Below are positions 41,431-54,479 of a stretch of DNA of 64,000 bases, one piece after another. The notes beneath the pieces are model-generated. The model saw nothing but the letters and a program-made list of their open reading frames with translations, was not told where the DNA came from and did not search any database. The first letter of the stretch is position 1; each line of letters opens with the position of its first letter. The position numbers and the translations under genes are program-made. The DNA is taken from NCBI GenBank assembly GCA_025786725.1, contig JAHLTZ010000030.1, positions 1-64,000 on the forward strand, written 5' to 3'. The stretch is from Syncephalis fuscata S228. Its lineage: Eukaryota > Fungi > Zoopagomycota.

Positions 41431-41967
41431 CATGCCCGGACTCTTCACCAACTGTGGTGTCATTGTTATCAGGGGTCGGGATAGCGCACACAATTTCTGA
41501 TAAAACAAATTCAAATAATAGAAAGGACTTATTTTTATTTCAAATGCTGGGTGCAATATGACTCTATTTATACGTAAAAGCAGGCAGTGTGCGAGATCAT
41601 TGCATCATGTGGTTTATATCTGTCATCATAAATATACCACCTTTTTTCTACTGCCTTTAAGCATCATTCCTTGTTATTGCTGTTTTCGTCCTACCCCTTT
41701 GTTCCTTTTTGTTTTACATTTTGAATGCCATCTTTTAATATTACATTTTGTTACACAACTTACGCAGGTCATCAATATTGAATGACATATTACAGTCAAA
41801 CAAATAGAGCAATATAATTATATATAAACCAAACTGAAACAGTAATGACGTAATTTTAATTCAATCTACTGTTGTGAAGCAATTCATTTATAAAACGCAA
41901 TAAAGCTAATTTTCACGCAATTATCACTTGATTCATCTTGTATACTTTACTGTTTTATTCGTTCAAT

Positions 41968-42225
41968 ATGCCACTGAATATCGATGCATTGCGTAAAGAG
42001 ATGGCGCAACAGCCACCTTTCCATGACCAGCCACCGCCAATGCCTACTACTGCAAACAATAACCAATCTGATGCAACTAAGCAAGTTAAAGAGTGTGTCA
42101 AACAGGCCGTCGACCAAGATACAGCTAAAGAGGCTTCTAACACTGCCAATAAGGCAAGCACAACTAGTTCAACGATTGCAGATAAGCTAGTGCCATCAGC
42201 ATCGACGACAGCTTCAAAAAAATAA
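41968..42225 (+). CDS. Small hypothetical hydrophilic protein (~85 aa)
   Basis: ATG-initiated ORF with coding-like composition between AT-rich flanks; no recognised motif. Confidence 0.5.
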   Translation: MPLNIDALRKEMAQQPPFHDQPPPMPTTANNNQSDATKQVKECVKQAVDQDTAKEASNTANKASTTSSTIADKLVPSASTTASKK

Positions 42226-42413
42226 ATACTTCTATTTCTTCACATTATTATAATCATTATTAGACAATTAATCACCTAATTACCATCAGACCTTTATTGT
42301 TGATTATCATTGACTTTTTGAAACTGGTGTTTATTGGTTATCATTGACTGTTATCGCTTTTCGTTCACTAATATTACTATTCTTACGTACCTTTTACTTG
42401 CATCTATTCAAAC

Positions 42414-44730
42414 ATGCTGGATCATTTCACAATCTTCACTCGAGGCGGTATAGTTCTGTGGTCGAGTTCCTTCTCACCGCTACAAAGCAATCCAGTAGAT
42501 GATCTGGTACGCGAAGTATTAGTGGAGGAGCGTACAGGACAACGGGCTTTTGAAAGTGGCTCTTATACCGTACAGTGGACGTTGGCCAATGAACTGAATC
42601 TTGTCTTTGTAGTAGGTTGAACCTGTATATACCTATATCTATACAGTTGGTCTAACTACTAGTGTTATCAGGCAGTTTACCAAAAGATTCTACAGTTAGC
42701 CTATGTAGAAGATTTGTTACTTGGCGTACGACGGGCATTCACCGACATGTTTTCCGACATTTTGGTTAGCTGCTTAACCATCGTACTGCCACAAGATCAG
42801 TTTGCCAAATTCGATATTAAATATAACAATATTACGCGGAAACTAGAGGAACGAGAGTATTCAGTAAGTATATAAACCCATAGTACTGTGACACTGATGT
42901 TTATTATCACTAGTCTCGTGCCACCAAAGCACCGCGTCGATTTGAGGAAACTAAAAAGTATCAGAATACATTGGAAGCATCCCGTGGTAAAGGTAATTAG
43001 GCTTTAATAGAATATTCAATTGTTTATTAAATGGTGTAGGCAAAAAGGTCAATACAAGTGCATCCAGCCATGCATCTGAAACTAATGACGATGAGGACGA
43101 ACAAGTCGGTGTGGATTCACCAAGAGTACAGAGACATGGCAAAGGAAGACGTGGTAATAAGGATAAACCCAAAAAGTAAGCTAATCAATATTTACTGGCT
43201 ATATTTGTTTATAACGAGCGACGATAGAGAATCAAAGAACTCAGCACGTAAGCCACGAGTATGGGATGACACGTATAATGAAGAACAAGCAAAAACACTT
43301 GATTTTAGCGGTCAAAGTGATCTTACGGCAAATAATACGATTGATGCAGAGCGATTGGTAAGTGCAATAAATGGTAATGTTGCCAATAATATTGATGTAT
43401 TTCGATAGATTGATCGATCAGCATTGGGTGAACAAATATCGGGTGGCATATACAATGTTCGTACTATGGGCAATTCCGACGACGAAGAGGATGATGATGA
43501 TGACGACGGCCATAATGAAGCTGGACCAAGTGGTATGATGTCATTCTTCCAACGTATTACTGGTCAAGCGGCGGTGACTGAATCGGATTTGGCACCAGTG
43601 ATGAGAGCAATGAAAGAGCATTTAGTTAATAAGAATGTTGCAGCTCATATTGCTGACCATTTGTGTGAATCTATTTCTAGCGGTATTGTAGGTCGTCGAC
43701 TTGGTACATTCAAGAGTAGGTTTATGGCTCAATGGTCTACCTGACAACTAATATTGTTTGGTGATGTAAAGGTGTAAAGGCAGAAGTGAAGCGACAAATG
43801 GAGACGGCAGTAACTCGTATTCTTACACCACGTACTTCACTCGATGTACTACGTGATGTATTTGCCGCTCGTGATGAGCATCGCCCTTACACAATGGTGT
43901 TTGTCGGTGTCAACGGCGTTGGTAAATCGACCAATTTGTCAAAAACATGCTTCTGGCTACTTCAAAATAAGCTTAGCGTGCTTATTGCTGCGTGTGATAC
44001 ATTTAGATCAGGTGCAGTAGAACAGCTGCGTGTACATGCACGTAATTTGTGTGCACTTGAAAAGACGGCCCGTATTGAATTGTATGAACGTGGCTATGGT
44101 AAAGATGCGGCAGGTATTGCCAAAGATGCCATTAGTTATGGTAAGTTTTAATTTATCAATAGATTAGTACCGACTAAAACACAATTATTAATGTAATGTA
44201 TAATAGCCAAGGCCAATAAATTCGATGTAGTTTTGGTGGATACAGCAGGACGTATGCAAGATAATGAACCATTAATGCGATCCTTGTCCAAGGTAGCTTA
44301 TTTAATCATATTTGTTGGTGTAGTGTTTACTAATCATGGCCTATAGCTTGTCAGTGTCAATAATCCTGACAAGATTATATTTGTAGGAGAAGCATTAGTG
44401 GGTAATGAGGCTGTCGATCAATTAACTAAATTCAATCAAGCATTAAAAGACTTCTCTGGACTACAGCATCCGCGTCAAATTGATGGTATTATATTAACAA
44501 AATTTGATACTATAGATGATAAGGTATGCTTTACATTAATGCTCTAGCTATTTAATATTGACTATTTGTTCTGACTAACACGCTATTGTTATTGCTATTA
44601 GGTTGGCGCTGCATTGTCAATGACATTTATTACTGGTCAGCCTATTCTATTTGTTGGCACTGGTCAAACTTACACCGATCTTAAAGGCATGAATGTGCCA
44701 CATGTAGTGCAATCATTGTTACGTGATTAA
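42414..44730 (+). CDS. SRP101: Signal recognition particle receptor alpha subunit, multi-exon
   Basis: [16 protein letters not shown] longin start; [61 protein letters not shown]. Confidence 0.96.
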
Positions 44731-44797
44731 ATACCATTAATAATTGACGCGACAGAAATTAAAAAATAGTAATCGTTGTAGTTAATCTTGGCTTTCT

Positions 44798-47700
44798 TTT
44801 ATAAATAAACACAAATGATTTAGTATGATTTAATGGCCAAATGACTACATCTAATAACATTTGTTTTATTGAATATGAAAATGGGTGGTAAATCATGCCA
44901 GGGTCCATAATACTCATCATCGTAGATCAATTATCCAGTATGCATATATCCTCCATCCATTTATATCATTTCCATTGTATATCCATACAACTATATACTA
45001 TTCTATGATATACAGACAATATATATTTGTTATATATATTAAATCGTTTTATTGCTTAATAAATAATATAGCTTCAATGTTGCTATTTATACTTTCTCAT
45101 TGTATATTTATGATATTCTATAACTGTATAATACATTAGATATGCGCTAGCTAAAACTGCTGTTCATTTGACACTATTTTGTTATTTATAAATATCAACT
45201 CATTTATTTTATTAAATCACTAGCAATACAGTTGCGATGTTGTTATTCATTCACATGCTTATCATTCTGCTATAGAATAGACATAAACTGCTAATAAAAT
45301 ATTTATTGCTACCTGTATTTATAATTGACATGGAAGCACACTTCAGTATAGCTGGATGGACAATCGAGTCAACCGACTGGTGCAGATATGATTGTTTTGT
45401 GGACAAGTGTAGAATAAAAAAGGGACTATCATCTGATCTAGTGGTGAAATGGCATCCGTGCACCAAAATGGTCCAGCCAGGCGCAATACACCAATAAACA
45501 GTCGCCATGTACTCTACCAATATTGTCCATTCTAATTGGTGGATATATTTTGGAATAAGCTTATAAGGCTGTGCTGAGCGTACTTTTGCTCATTACTTCG
45601 CTTTCTCTTGTTTCTAGTTGTTAATATGCTGTAAACCGCTTGTTGCTGAAAGCATATGTTCTAGTAGCTATATCTAGTGGTGTGTGACCTCCTTGTTGGT
45701 TGATCACGATATACTGCGTTATGCATTTGAGCTGTGTTGAATGTAGAGTACAATAGTGCAGACTATTGTGTTATACTAGCTCAGCAACTATATGGTTGCC
45801 TGCACTAGGCGGCTGTATACTGGCATAGTGCGGAGATATGTGGGATAACAGGGTGTGCAGTACTGTGTTTAGCAAGTCAGTATTGCTGGCACTCCCCTCA
45901 TGTTGATGCGGCGACCCGTATGGGTGGTCATATGTTAGTGCTCACTTGTATTGAACGTGCACTGGAGGTGTGTTTGATAGCCTTCAACTTGCTGATACTA
46001 TCATTGCACACTGGACTGGTGTGATATATGGCTTATTCGTACTGAATACCATGCATTACACTGTTTACTTGTGGGTGTTGTTAAACGATTGTAATAACAC
46101 TAGCTACCATACTGTTTGATTTTCGACTGCGTTACACGAAAATTAATTTGACTGACCGAAGGTCCTCTGCAATGGCGACTGAAATAGAATTGTAGCTCTA
46201 CTATCGATTGTATTGTAGAGAAAGCTAGCAGTTATTCTACAATCATTTAATGACATATCAGTATATGGCTATGTGCTGTTTAGTTGTAATATGTTGTGGT
46301 GTTCATGTGTTCAGCTCTAGACATCAACTACAAATGGGTGAATCCATAGTTTGGTGCAGCTTATTGCTACGCTTGAATTGCCATGGCATTTTGTAACATT
46401 TATTGAACAGCATTGCCATCAAGATAGCAGCTAATATAGAGCTGTACGCATCCGACAAATGTTACTTACGCCCAAGTCGTAGTATTGCCGGTACTCCAGG
46501 TGGACGTATAGTTGCTATATTAGCTGCTATCTTGTTTAACAACTTTTAACAACATTTCTAGTTTATTTGTATAACAAATAACAACAATACACAAACAACT
46601 ACACTCGTGTACACTATAAACTATACGCAAGGAACAATCAACTAGATGTAGGTGCTTATTACTACTAAACAATACTAACGCACTTTTATTATAGCTATTC
46701 AACCATTGGTGCCGGATCAACAAGTATATCTGAACTGCATTTGTTATCGGGCACAAATATTTTGCATGCAACTTACAATACCAACTATAGAATTCGTTGG
46801 CACAAGCATCGACAACAATACTGTATACTGTCGTTGGTACTATTGTTTGGGCTGGATTCTAAATGGGACATATACTTATCTGGTTTATATTACCCAACAC
46901 TAACTGGCATTGCTATTGCGCATCTGCTAAATGCTTTGGTTTGATTGAAGTGGTGGTAATAAAGAGGGAGGTGGTGGGCATTACACATATATTACATTGA
47001 AATGGTAGATTTAATAAAGAAGCGCATGAGGTGTTTGCTGAATCAACATAACACTGTGACTCCATTACTAGTTTGTCTAATGTTGTGCTTATTATGTTTA
47101 TTAAAACTAAAATACTGGTACATGTATTCAATTAAAGTCACTGATACTTGAATGGCTAGATTACAAGTAGCTACATTTAATACTGCATCTACGCCAACTA
47201 TTTTAATAATAGTGCCAATGATTTATTTATTGCTGTTTTATTTATTGCCATTTAACATGATCCGGTGGTCAAATGGCTACATTTAATAGCATCTAATCTA
47301 TTGAACATGCTAGTTGATAGTGAGTAACATCAATCATCAAATACTCATCGTTGTAGATTCATTATCCAGTATGCATATATTCAGTACACATATACTTTAT
47401 TCACCTATATCATTCTATTTTATTCTATAATGATATATATCATTTTATAACATACTAGACACATTCTATTGTTTATATGTTTCAATATACTTTATTCACA
47501 CCACTCATTATGCTATACACACTATAGCTTTGACATCGTTTTATATGCTTTCTCACCGTACATTTACCATTTTATATACTATTCTATACTCGCCTAGTCT
47601 TCCTTTATCCAGAACTGCTTTTATGTTTGTTCTAGCTTTATTATTAATAAATCTTGACTAATTCTGCTCATTGGTCATGCATATATTTTCAACAACTTTG

Positions 47701-48090
47701 ACACTACTAATCGTCACTTTAGTTTGGATATTCATTATACAACTTTATTGATTTATTACACAAGAGCTACAAACCGCCTAAAGTCGCTGTCCGTCTGGTT
47801 CTAGCTGTATTATTGATAAAGCTCAGTTCATTTACTCGTTAGTCTATATATACTTGAGATTTATAGCAAATGGGCTGTTTACTATGTGATATAATAATAT
47901 ATAGTAGTGTGGAATATAATGAGAATGATATAGACGAATAGAAGATATATGTGTATTGAATATATGCATACTGGATAATGAATCTACAACGATGAGTATT
48001 TAATGATTGATGTCATTCACCACTCATCATCATGTTCAATATATTGAATATTATTAAATGTAGCCATTCAATCCTCATATCATACTAAAT
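44798..48090 (+). mobile_element. Composite element: TIR> (44818) cassette A copy 4, TIR> (47250), interior, <TIR (ends 48090)
   Basis: Same layout as 28874-32167. The right end catatcatactaaat is the reverse complement of the left end atttagtatgat. Confidence 0.88.
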
Positions 48091-48211
48091 GTTAATTATA
48101 TAATATGCTATATGTCATGTAACATTATTATACACTTTTTATGAACAATTTATTAGCATTTTCTATTTAACTTAATATTTAATTCATATTAATTATTATC
48201 GGTTACAAGCA

Positions 48212-48889
48212 TTATGGTGATGAAGAACGAGAACGGCGACGTGATCTGGAATGGCGTTGAGGCGATCGACTACGTCTACGGTCTTTCTTATCGCGCCTAG
48301 AGCGTTGACTGGAACGACGAGAAGATTTACGATATTCATCATCGCTATAATCATAGTAATTTATATCAATAATGTTATTAATTATTAAATAATATTTACC
48401 TTGAAGTATCATCATCACTGCTGCTGCTACTGCTACTGCCACTAGAGTATTTTTTGCCTTTACCATGGCGTTTACGACGTGCTCGACGTTGCCTTCTATC
48501 TTCCTCGCTATCAGTTGATTCAGACGAAGAAGAGGAGGATGAAGATGAAGATGAAGGACTACGCCGTCTTCGTCGCTTATGCCCCGCTGTCTTCTTCTTT
48601 TTCTCAGAACGTTCTTCTTTTTCTTTCTGTGCTTTCTCTATTGCAGCCAATGCTTCAGCCGTTTTCTTTTGCAGTGCCGTCTGCTTCTTGGGTGGTTCTA
48701 TTTTAAGGAAATTGCGGCATTCAAGCGTGAGATGACCTACTGTAGTCTACCAGTTATATCTTTAGCTTTAAACGTCCGTTTTGAACACTTACAACCTCCA
48801 CATTTCTTGCAGGCGCCCGTTTTAATGGATGAGCCGGCATCGGGATTGATGAGACGTTCAAACGCATCAATACCTCGCTGTTGGTCCAT
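48212..48889 (-). CDS. CCHC zinc-knuckle, RS-rich protein (SREK1IP1/CXIP4-like), 3 exons
   Basis: GACKKCGG|VGHLTLECRNFLK followed by K/R/S-rich low-complexity sequence. Confidence 0.85.
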
Positions 48890-49151
48890 GATTACAATGA
48901 ATTGCTAAAAAGATGTAAAAATGAATATAATAGAATCGTTAATAATATTCTATAAAACATTAATTATGATAAAACTGTTAATATTTCAATGAGTACAAAA
49001 TATTAAGCTAATTTCAATATTTACAATTAACTAATGATTTATTAATATTATTACTTAAATGAATAGTGCGAGTGTAGTTATATCAAAGTTAACCGATATT
49101 TGTTACCGCGTATTAACTAAATTTTATACCAATAAATAGATGGCTGTTTAT

Positions 49152-50390
49152 CTAATAACATTGACTTTTGTCGTTTAGTACTTCTTTGCTTCGTTCGTAG
49201 ACAGGGAAGAATATACTACAGATGCAAAACCACCATACACTCCGTGGTATAGCACCTGCAAAAAAGGCTTGGCTTAGCGTAAATGCGCCTGGACGTGGCT
49301 GAGCACGTGCCTCAGCTATAATATTACGCGCGGCTCCTAGAACAGTAAGCGATTGTTTAGCCGATGGTTCGGCACCATTTGTTGCCAAACTACTGCGAGT
49401 CATTACCATGACTCGCGTCTTAATAACATCAAACGGTGTAGTAAGAAATCCAGCCATAGCACCGCTTACTCCACCAAATAGCGTACTAGCCATTGTGGGC
49501 ACGCCACTTGCATCGCCATCCTTGTGCTGTTGTCCGCCAAGAGGACGCCAGCCACGCTGATGTGCAAGTTTAAAGTTTTCGTAAGTAGTAAATAGGATAA
49601 CCATGAATGGTACATCGCGTAGTGTGGTGGACCAAAAACCGCGGAATAAACCGCCAACACCCTCTGCTTTAAGCACTTGCTCAACGACTTCACGCGACGA
49701 TGAAGCTGTGCCTGCCTGCAAGCGCGTCGTTACTACTTCACGTGGTACTTTAGCAACGCTAGATGCAAGATCGCCAATGGTGGCGGCCATTGCTGAAGCC
49801 GGTACTTGTGATAGTTGTGGCATCCAATCTGGTACGGGTTTACTATGCGGCGATGTCGGCGGAAGGTGCATCAGATAGCCTTTGGCAAGTTCATAAGTTG
49901 CTAAACGCAACGCTCCCTATTGAATACAAATGCGAATGTAAATACTACAGTCTAATAGCACTTATTTCACTTACCTGCGGTGCTGCTCCACTTACACTTG
50001 CGACAAATCCTTTACTTAGCACCGAAAACATCTCCTTGGTAAAAAGTCCTTTTATCGGCTGTGGTGTCGCCGATGTTACAACTGCCGCTTGTATTCGTGT
50101 TTTGAATGTATCCAATGGATGCATGATGGCATAAGCTAGCGCCAATGCAATACCACCAGATGCAAAATTGTCTAACCATCGTATCGGCCAGTTGGTCAGC
50201 TATTGTGGCTACTTGTTTAATATACTAAGCAAAACTACCTACTTCTATACAATTGTGGTCGTGTAAGACCATTTGGTAAACCGCTAGACATCACTTGTTC
50301 TAGTTGAGGTTTAAATGACACGATAGCATCTTTAGTTTTCACAGCTGACGGCACTGACTGCGACGGCAATATCAAAGGCGTAGAAGCCAT
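49152..50390 (-). CDS. Mitochondrial carrier family protein (S-adenosylmethionine carrier-like), 3 exons
   Basis: Three carrier signatures PLDTFKTRIQ, PREVVTTRLQ and PFDVIKTRVM; RDVPF motif. Confidence 0.88.
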
Positions 50391-50773
50391 ACTTTAAAAT
50401 ATATAAAAGAGGAATTCAAACTATGTAATAAAACGAACTGCAAATGGTTTTGTTTTTTAACAAACAAAAGCGATGATCAATCACTGTTACCATCTTAACT
50501 TGTTATTACCATATTTAGAACAATAAATTATTTGGTTCCCACATTAAGAATCATAGCTGTATATATTTGCCATATTCCAGGCGTTTTTTACTTGTGCAAA
50601 ATGTGGTTATACAACTAATTAATTTCTATTATCAATAAAAAATATCCAAGACCTTCTTACATCATTACACACATTATATTTTATAGCTGCATCACAGTTA
50701 ATTGCTATTATTATGCTTGTTATTGTAACGATTGTTACTAGGTAGCACTTATTATGGTTTTATTACAATTGTA

Positions 50774-50882
50774 TCTACAATGATGAGTATTTGATGCCTG
50801 ATGTCATTCACCACCCACCATTATGTTCAATAGGTTGGATGTTATTAAATACTAGCCATTTGATCACCAAAGTGTATTAAAT
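50774..50882 (-). repeat. Solo copy of the TIR module
   Basis: tctacaatgatgagtatttgatg...atgttcaatag...gccatttgatcacc is the reverse complement of the module. Confidence 0.75.
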
Positions 50883-51005
50883 TATTATTGTTGTTATTTA
50901 CTTGTAAAAGACAAGATTAAATATTACTGTCTAAATAAAACAATAAAATCAGTTTAATTCGTTTATTGGTCTAAATTTAGTTATTACATGGTAACAGATA
51001 TTGTG

Positions 51006-52430
51006 TTAGTATACATTCTTTTGTTGATGCTTTAGTTTTGCCGTGTTCATGTATTGCAGTCGATCCTTTAGTCTTTGCAGTAAAGGAATAATATACTCTG
51101 GCCGCGGTATATATTTATAATGTATTGCGCGTCGCAACACACTATAAAACCGTGGCTTGTCGCCAATGGCCGAAAATTCTTCCATTAATCGCCCATAGGT
51201 ACGAGCAGGTAAATTTGGTAGCTGCGAACTAATTCGATCGGCCAGCACTAGATCGATGGATATAATACGACGAATAACTGCATCGGCTGCATAAGGTAGA
51301 CAAGGAACAAGTCTTTTGTTCATCTGATTTAACACGTGGCATAGCGAAGTAAGACTACCACAAGCTGCATGTCCAACTACAAGAGCTGCCCAAGCTTCTG
51401 GCGGCCAGTCTATGCCAGTCTTGCGCATACGACCCAGTATGTGCTCTGTCGCTTGAAGCCATGTAGTCTGAGATGGGTCATAGGTATATTCTGGAATATA
51501 TTTGCGCGCCTTTCTCCGTTTTCGCTCATAGTTAGTTATAGGGGTCAGATCATACTGCGTCAATTTGTTGCTTTGTAAATAATCTTCAATATCAAGCCAG
51601 TCCGATGTACGAGTGGCCATTCTTAGCATGACTGTAAATCCAAGAGCATCAGGGCAAAGACCAATGGCATATATTCTTGCCCATAGATTGCATACTGTGG
51701 ACCAGTCTTTTGAGTAGCATGCTTTCCACATCACTAACTGATAGTCTGAAATATTAGGAGGCAATCCACATAAATGCATATCCTCTAAGATCGATAGCGT
51801 ATTAGCAACAGAAATGTCAGCACTAGTCGAAAACAAACGAAATAAATAGCGAAAGTCTCGCCTACGTAGCTGGGCCTGTAGCTGGTTTGGCCGCAATAAT
51901 CGATAAGTATCAAATATACGCTTAGGCTCTTCGCTACGAGCAATAAGTGTGTAAAATTTGGCCAATAGTTGTAAAGACGAGTTTGCTATTTCGTAGTCTG
52001 TTTCTATAACCGAAGCCAATTTAGCTAGTACCAATGGCGGCTGTCCACTACAGGTAGCAGCTACTGGTTGTTTACAGCTTAATTTCTTATAGGTCACTGC
52101 ACGCTTGGACCAGTCTCGGCAAAGTATATAGTCATACATACAGCGGTTATTAGAATAATTAGCCTCCACGGATACGTATTGCTTTCTTGGCCGTGCCATA
52201 TTCACAGCTTTCACTTTACATCGGTCAATTTTTAAATTTCCATTAATTGGCTTATTTTGAAAATTGGTCGTTAAATTATTGTTGGATACTGCTATCGGCT
52301 GATCAGTTACTATTAATGAACTAATTGTCCGTCGACTACAGATCTGCCGGCTACTGCCAATCGCTTGTCGTAAATAGCGTAAAGTTGCGTTGGATGGTAC
52401 AAATACGCAGTGAATCCCTTGTGGCCGCAT
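51006..52430 (-). CDS. Pentatricopeptide-repeat-like, probably mitochondrial protein (474 aa)
   Basis: Arg-rich N-terminus; PPR-like segments LEDMHLCGLPPNISDYQLVM, GLCPDALGFTVML and MRKTGIDWPPEAWAALVVGHAACG. Confidence 0.7.
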   Translation of the reverse strand: MRPQGIHCVFVPSNATLRYLRQAIGSSRQICSRRTISSLIVTDQPIAVSNNNLTTNFQNKPINGNLKIDRCKVKAVNMARPRKQYVSVEANYSNNRCMYDYILCRDWSKRAVTYKKLSCKQPVAATCSGQPPLVLAKLASVIETDYEIANSSLQLLAKFYTLIARSEEPKRIFDTYRLLRPNQLQAQLRRRDFRYLFRLFSTSADISVANTLSILEDMHLCGLPPNISDYQLVMWKACYSKDWSTVCNLWARIYAIGLCPDALGFTVMLRMATRTSDWLDIEDYLQSNKLTQYDLTPITNYERKRRKARKYIPEYTYDPSQTTWLQATEHILGRMRKTGIDWPPEAWAALVVGHAACGSLTSLCHVLNQMNKRLVPCLPYAADAVIRRIISIDLVLADRISSQLPNLPARTYGRLMEEFSAIGDKPRFYSVLRRAIHYKYIPRPEYIIPLLQRLKDRLQYMNTAKLKHQQKNVY

Positions 52431-53059
52431 TAGCTAATAGTCCAAGCGCAGCAAGGATGCAGCGACAATTAAACAACAGCCGTTTTGGTATTCGGCTCAT
52501 AAACAACGAGAATCGTAGCAATGTTTGTATAGACTAGCCGATTAGAATAAATACCACTTTACAGAACAGAATCACCTGCCAAAGTAAAGATCTATACCTA
52601 CGCAATCTTTCAATGGCACCGTCAAAGGTGATTCAATAAAAATGTAAAACACACAAATCGATTAAACACTTGTAGTTAAATATCTATTTGTTAGTTGCGC
52701 CCAATCAACGTTTATTAATCCAATTGATTCGCAGCTAAAACATAATGCTTTGTGATTAAAAACGGCGCTATTTTAAGCCGCGACTGCTCTACGCTTTCTT
52801 CTTTGCAGTTTATACACCACCACCATCATCCTTATTAAATAACTTTTTTTTCGCACCCACCCTTTCCTTATTCATTAGAATCGTGCCTGTACCATCATTA
52901 TTGGCAAATAACAATCTTGAATATATATAATTGCTATTGCTATTGCTATTGTGGCCGGTAAAATTGGATTGGTCATAGTCCTGCTGTAAACGATCGGTTA
53001 GCATTGACGCCTTTGACCTCATCAATCAGTTCCAATTCCACATATGCGTCTTTTGACAG

Positions 53060-53136
53060 TTATCACGTGACATTCCCGTGATTTCACACGTATTTCCGCG
53101 TTAAAAGCGCGCTAAATACGCGCAGATCACGTGACT
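53060..53136. promoter_or_regulatory. CpG-rich motif cluster: two ATCACGTGAC E-boxes flanking ACGCG/GCGCG motifs
   Basis: atcacgtgac at 53062 and 53126, cgcgt at 53097 and acgcg at 53118, in the divergent intergenic region. Confidence 0.5.
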
Positions 53137-53498
53137 TTTGATTAGTTTCCACCTTCCCTTTCTTCTTGTTCTGGAATGCACTTCCTTTTCATTATTACTC
53201 TGCGCACAAGCCATTTCAATCAACAAACGCTGCTTACTTCTTTCACTTCTTGCTAGCCTTCTTCTTAAACGCCTGTCTTAAATTTGTTGCCAGGCTTTTT
53301 TAGCATTTGTTGTTGTAGAACAATACTCAGTGCTATTCATACTAGACTATAGCCATTGAATAGTCGAGTATAGACTCTTTAACGAACGACCTATTTCTTC
53401 TCCAAGTACTGTCCTTTTGTGCAGTCTTATTCGTAACTTGCTATATCATTAGCAGCACTAGCTTCATTGTTGGCAGTTGGCGACTTTGTATTGCCAAC

Positions 53499-54479
53499 AT
53501 GGACCGACTTTCATATCGTGCTAGTGCATCGTCTTCCTATGACAGACAGCACTATGCATACAGTGCTGGTAGTAGTACTCAGCACGTTTTTGATCGTGTA
53601 ATAGCACATACACCAACTGTGGGCAGTCTATTACGTAATCAGATGATTGTAGATGAGTATGACTTGTATGGAGAGCATCCTTCGCTACTGTCTTCGGAAC
53701 TTACCGATGATGATGATCACTATATTAGCGACGAGGCCGAGGAAGAGGCTAATAAAGAAAACATTGAGCCTGCAAAGGCTACGCCTTCACAAGCTGCGCC
53801 CCCTACTAGACTGCCACGGCTATCAGATGTACCAGAACTAATGGCAATGTATCGACGTACCAACCGAGCTCATAGTACCCGTGTACCATCTAGTACACGG
53901 CCTGCAACTCGTCGAGTAGTACCAGCACGTCCACAGCCTGCAACTCGTCGACAAGAATCAACGCGTCCACAGCCTGCAACTCGGCAGGTAGAACCGGCAC
54001 ATCCACAACCAGTAATCCGTCGACAAGAACCAATCATTATGGAGGACGATATTTTTACACAAGTATCACCATCTTTATATGCGGAAACTCGTCCTACAAC
54101 TCCATGCCAACAGTCACATGCTGTTGCTATGCATATTCCACCTGTAACTTGTCCGGTGTACGATCATCCATCACAACACCAGTCAACATCGACCAGTTCC
54201 TCGTCCATGAATGTTGACAACGAAAGTTGCAGTGACGAATGTTACGACATTGACTACGATGCCGATGTATCTTGGAATAGCAGTGGCGGCGTTATAGATC
54301 AACGCCACTTGCAATACAATTTCAACCGCAGGATTGAAGCAGATTTATTCGACACTATTTCTGATACAGAAAATAATGAGCCGTCACGGTCCAATAAGCG
54401 TCGCCGCACTCACGACCACAATGGGTCACGAAGTCAAGTGGCAACTCGACGAAATCCACGCCGAGTTCCAATTGCTTAA
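53499..54479 (+). CDS. Intronless disordered protein (326 aa) with a KEN box, 12-aa repeats and a basic NLS-like tail
   Basis: NKENIEP; four 36-bp repeats (RPQPATRRQEST-like) at ~53895-54030; NKRRR near the C-terminus. Confidence 0.8.
   Translation: MDRLSYRASASSSYDRQHYAYSAGSSTQHVFDRVIAHTPTVGSLLRNQMIVDEYDLYGEHPSLLSSELTDDDDHYISDEAEEEANKENIEPAKATPSQAAPPTRLPRLSDVPELMAMYRRTNRAHSTRVPSSTRPATRRVVPARPQPATRRQESTRPQPATRQVEPAHPQPVIRRQEPIIMEDDIFTQVSPSLYAETRPTTPCQQSHAVAMHIPPVTCPVYDHPSQHQSTSTSSSSMNVDNESCSDECYDIDYDADVSWNSSGGVIDQRHLQYNFNRRIEADLFDTISDTENNEPSRSNKRRRTHDHNGSRSQVATRRNPRRVPIA

Noticed and set aside
44790-48105. Target-site duplications flanking the TIR elements
   Set aside because: Flanks of 4860-5856, 28874-32167 and 44818-48090 show no convincing direct repeat, so no transposon superfamily is assigned.
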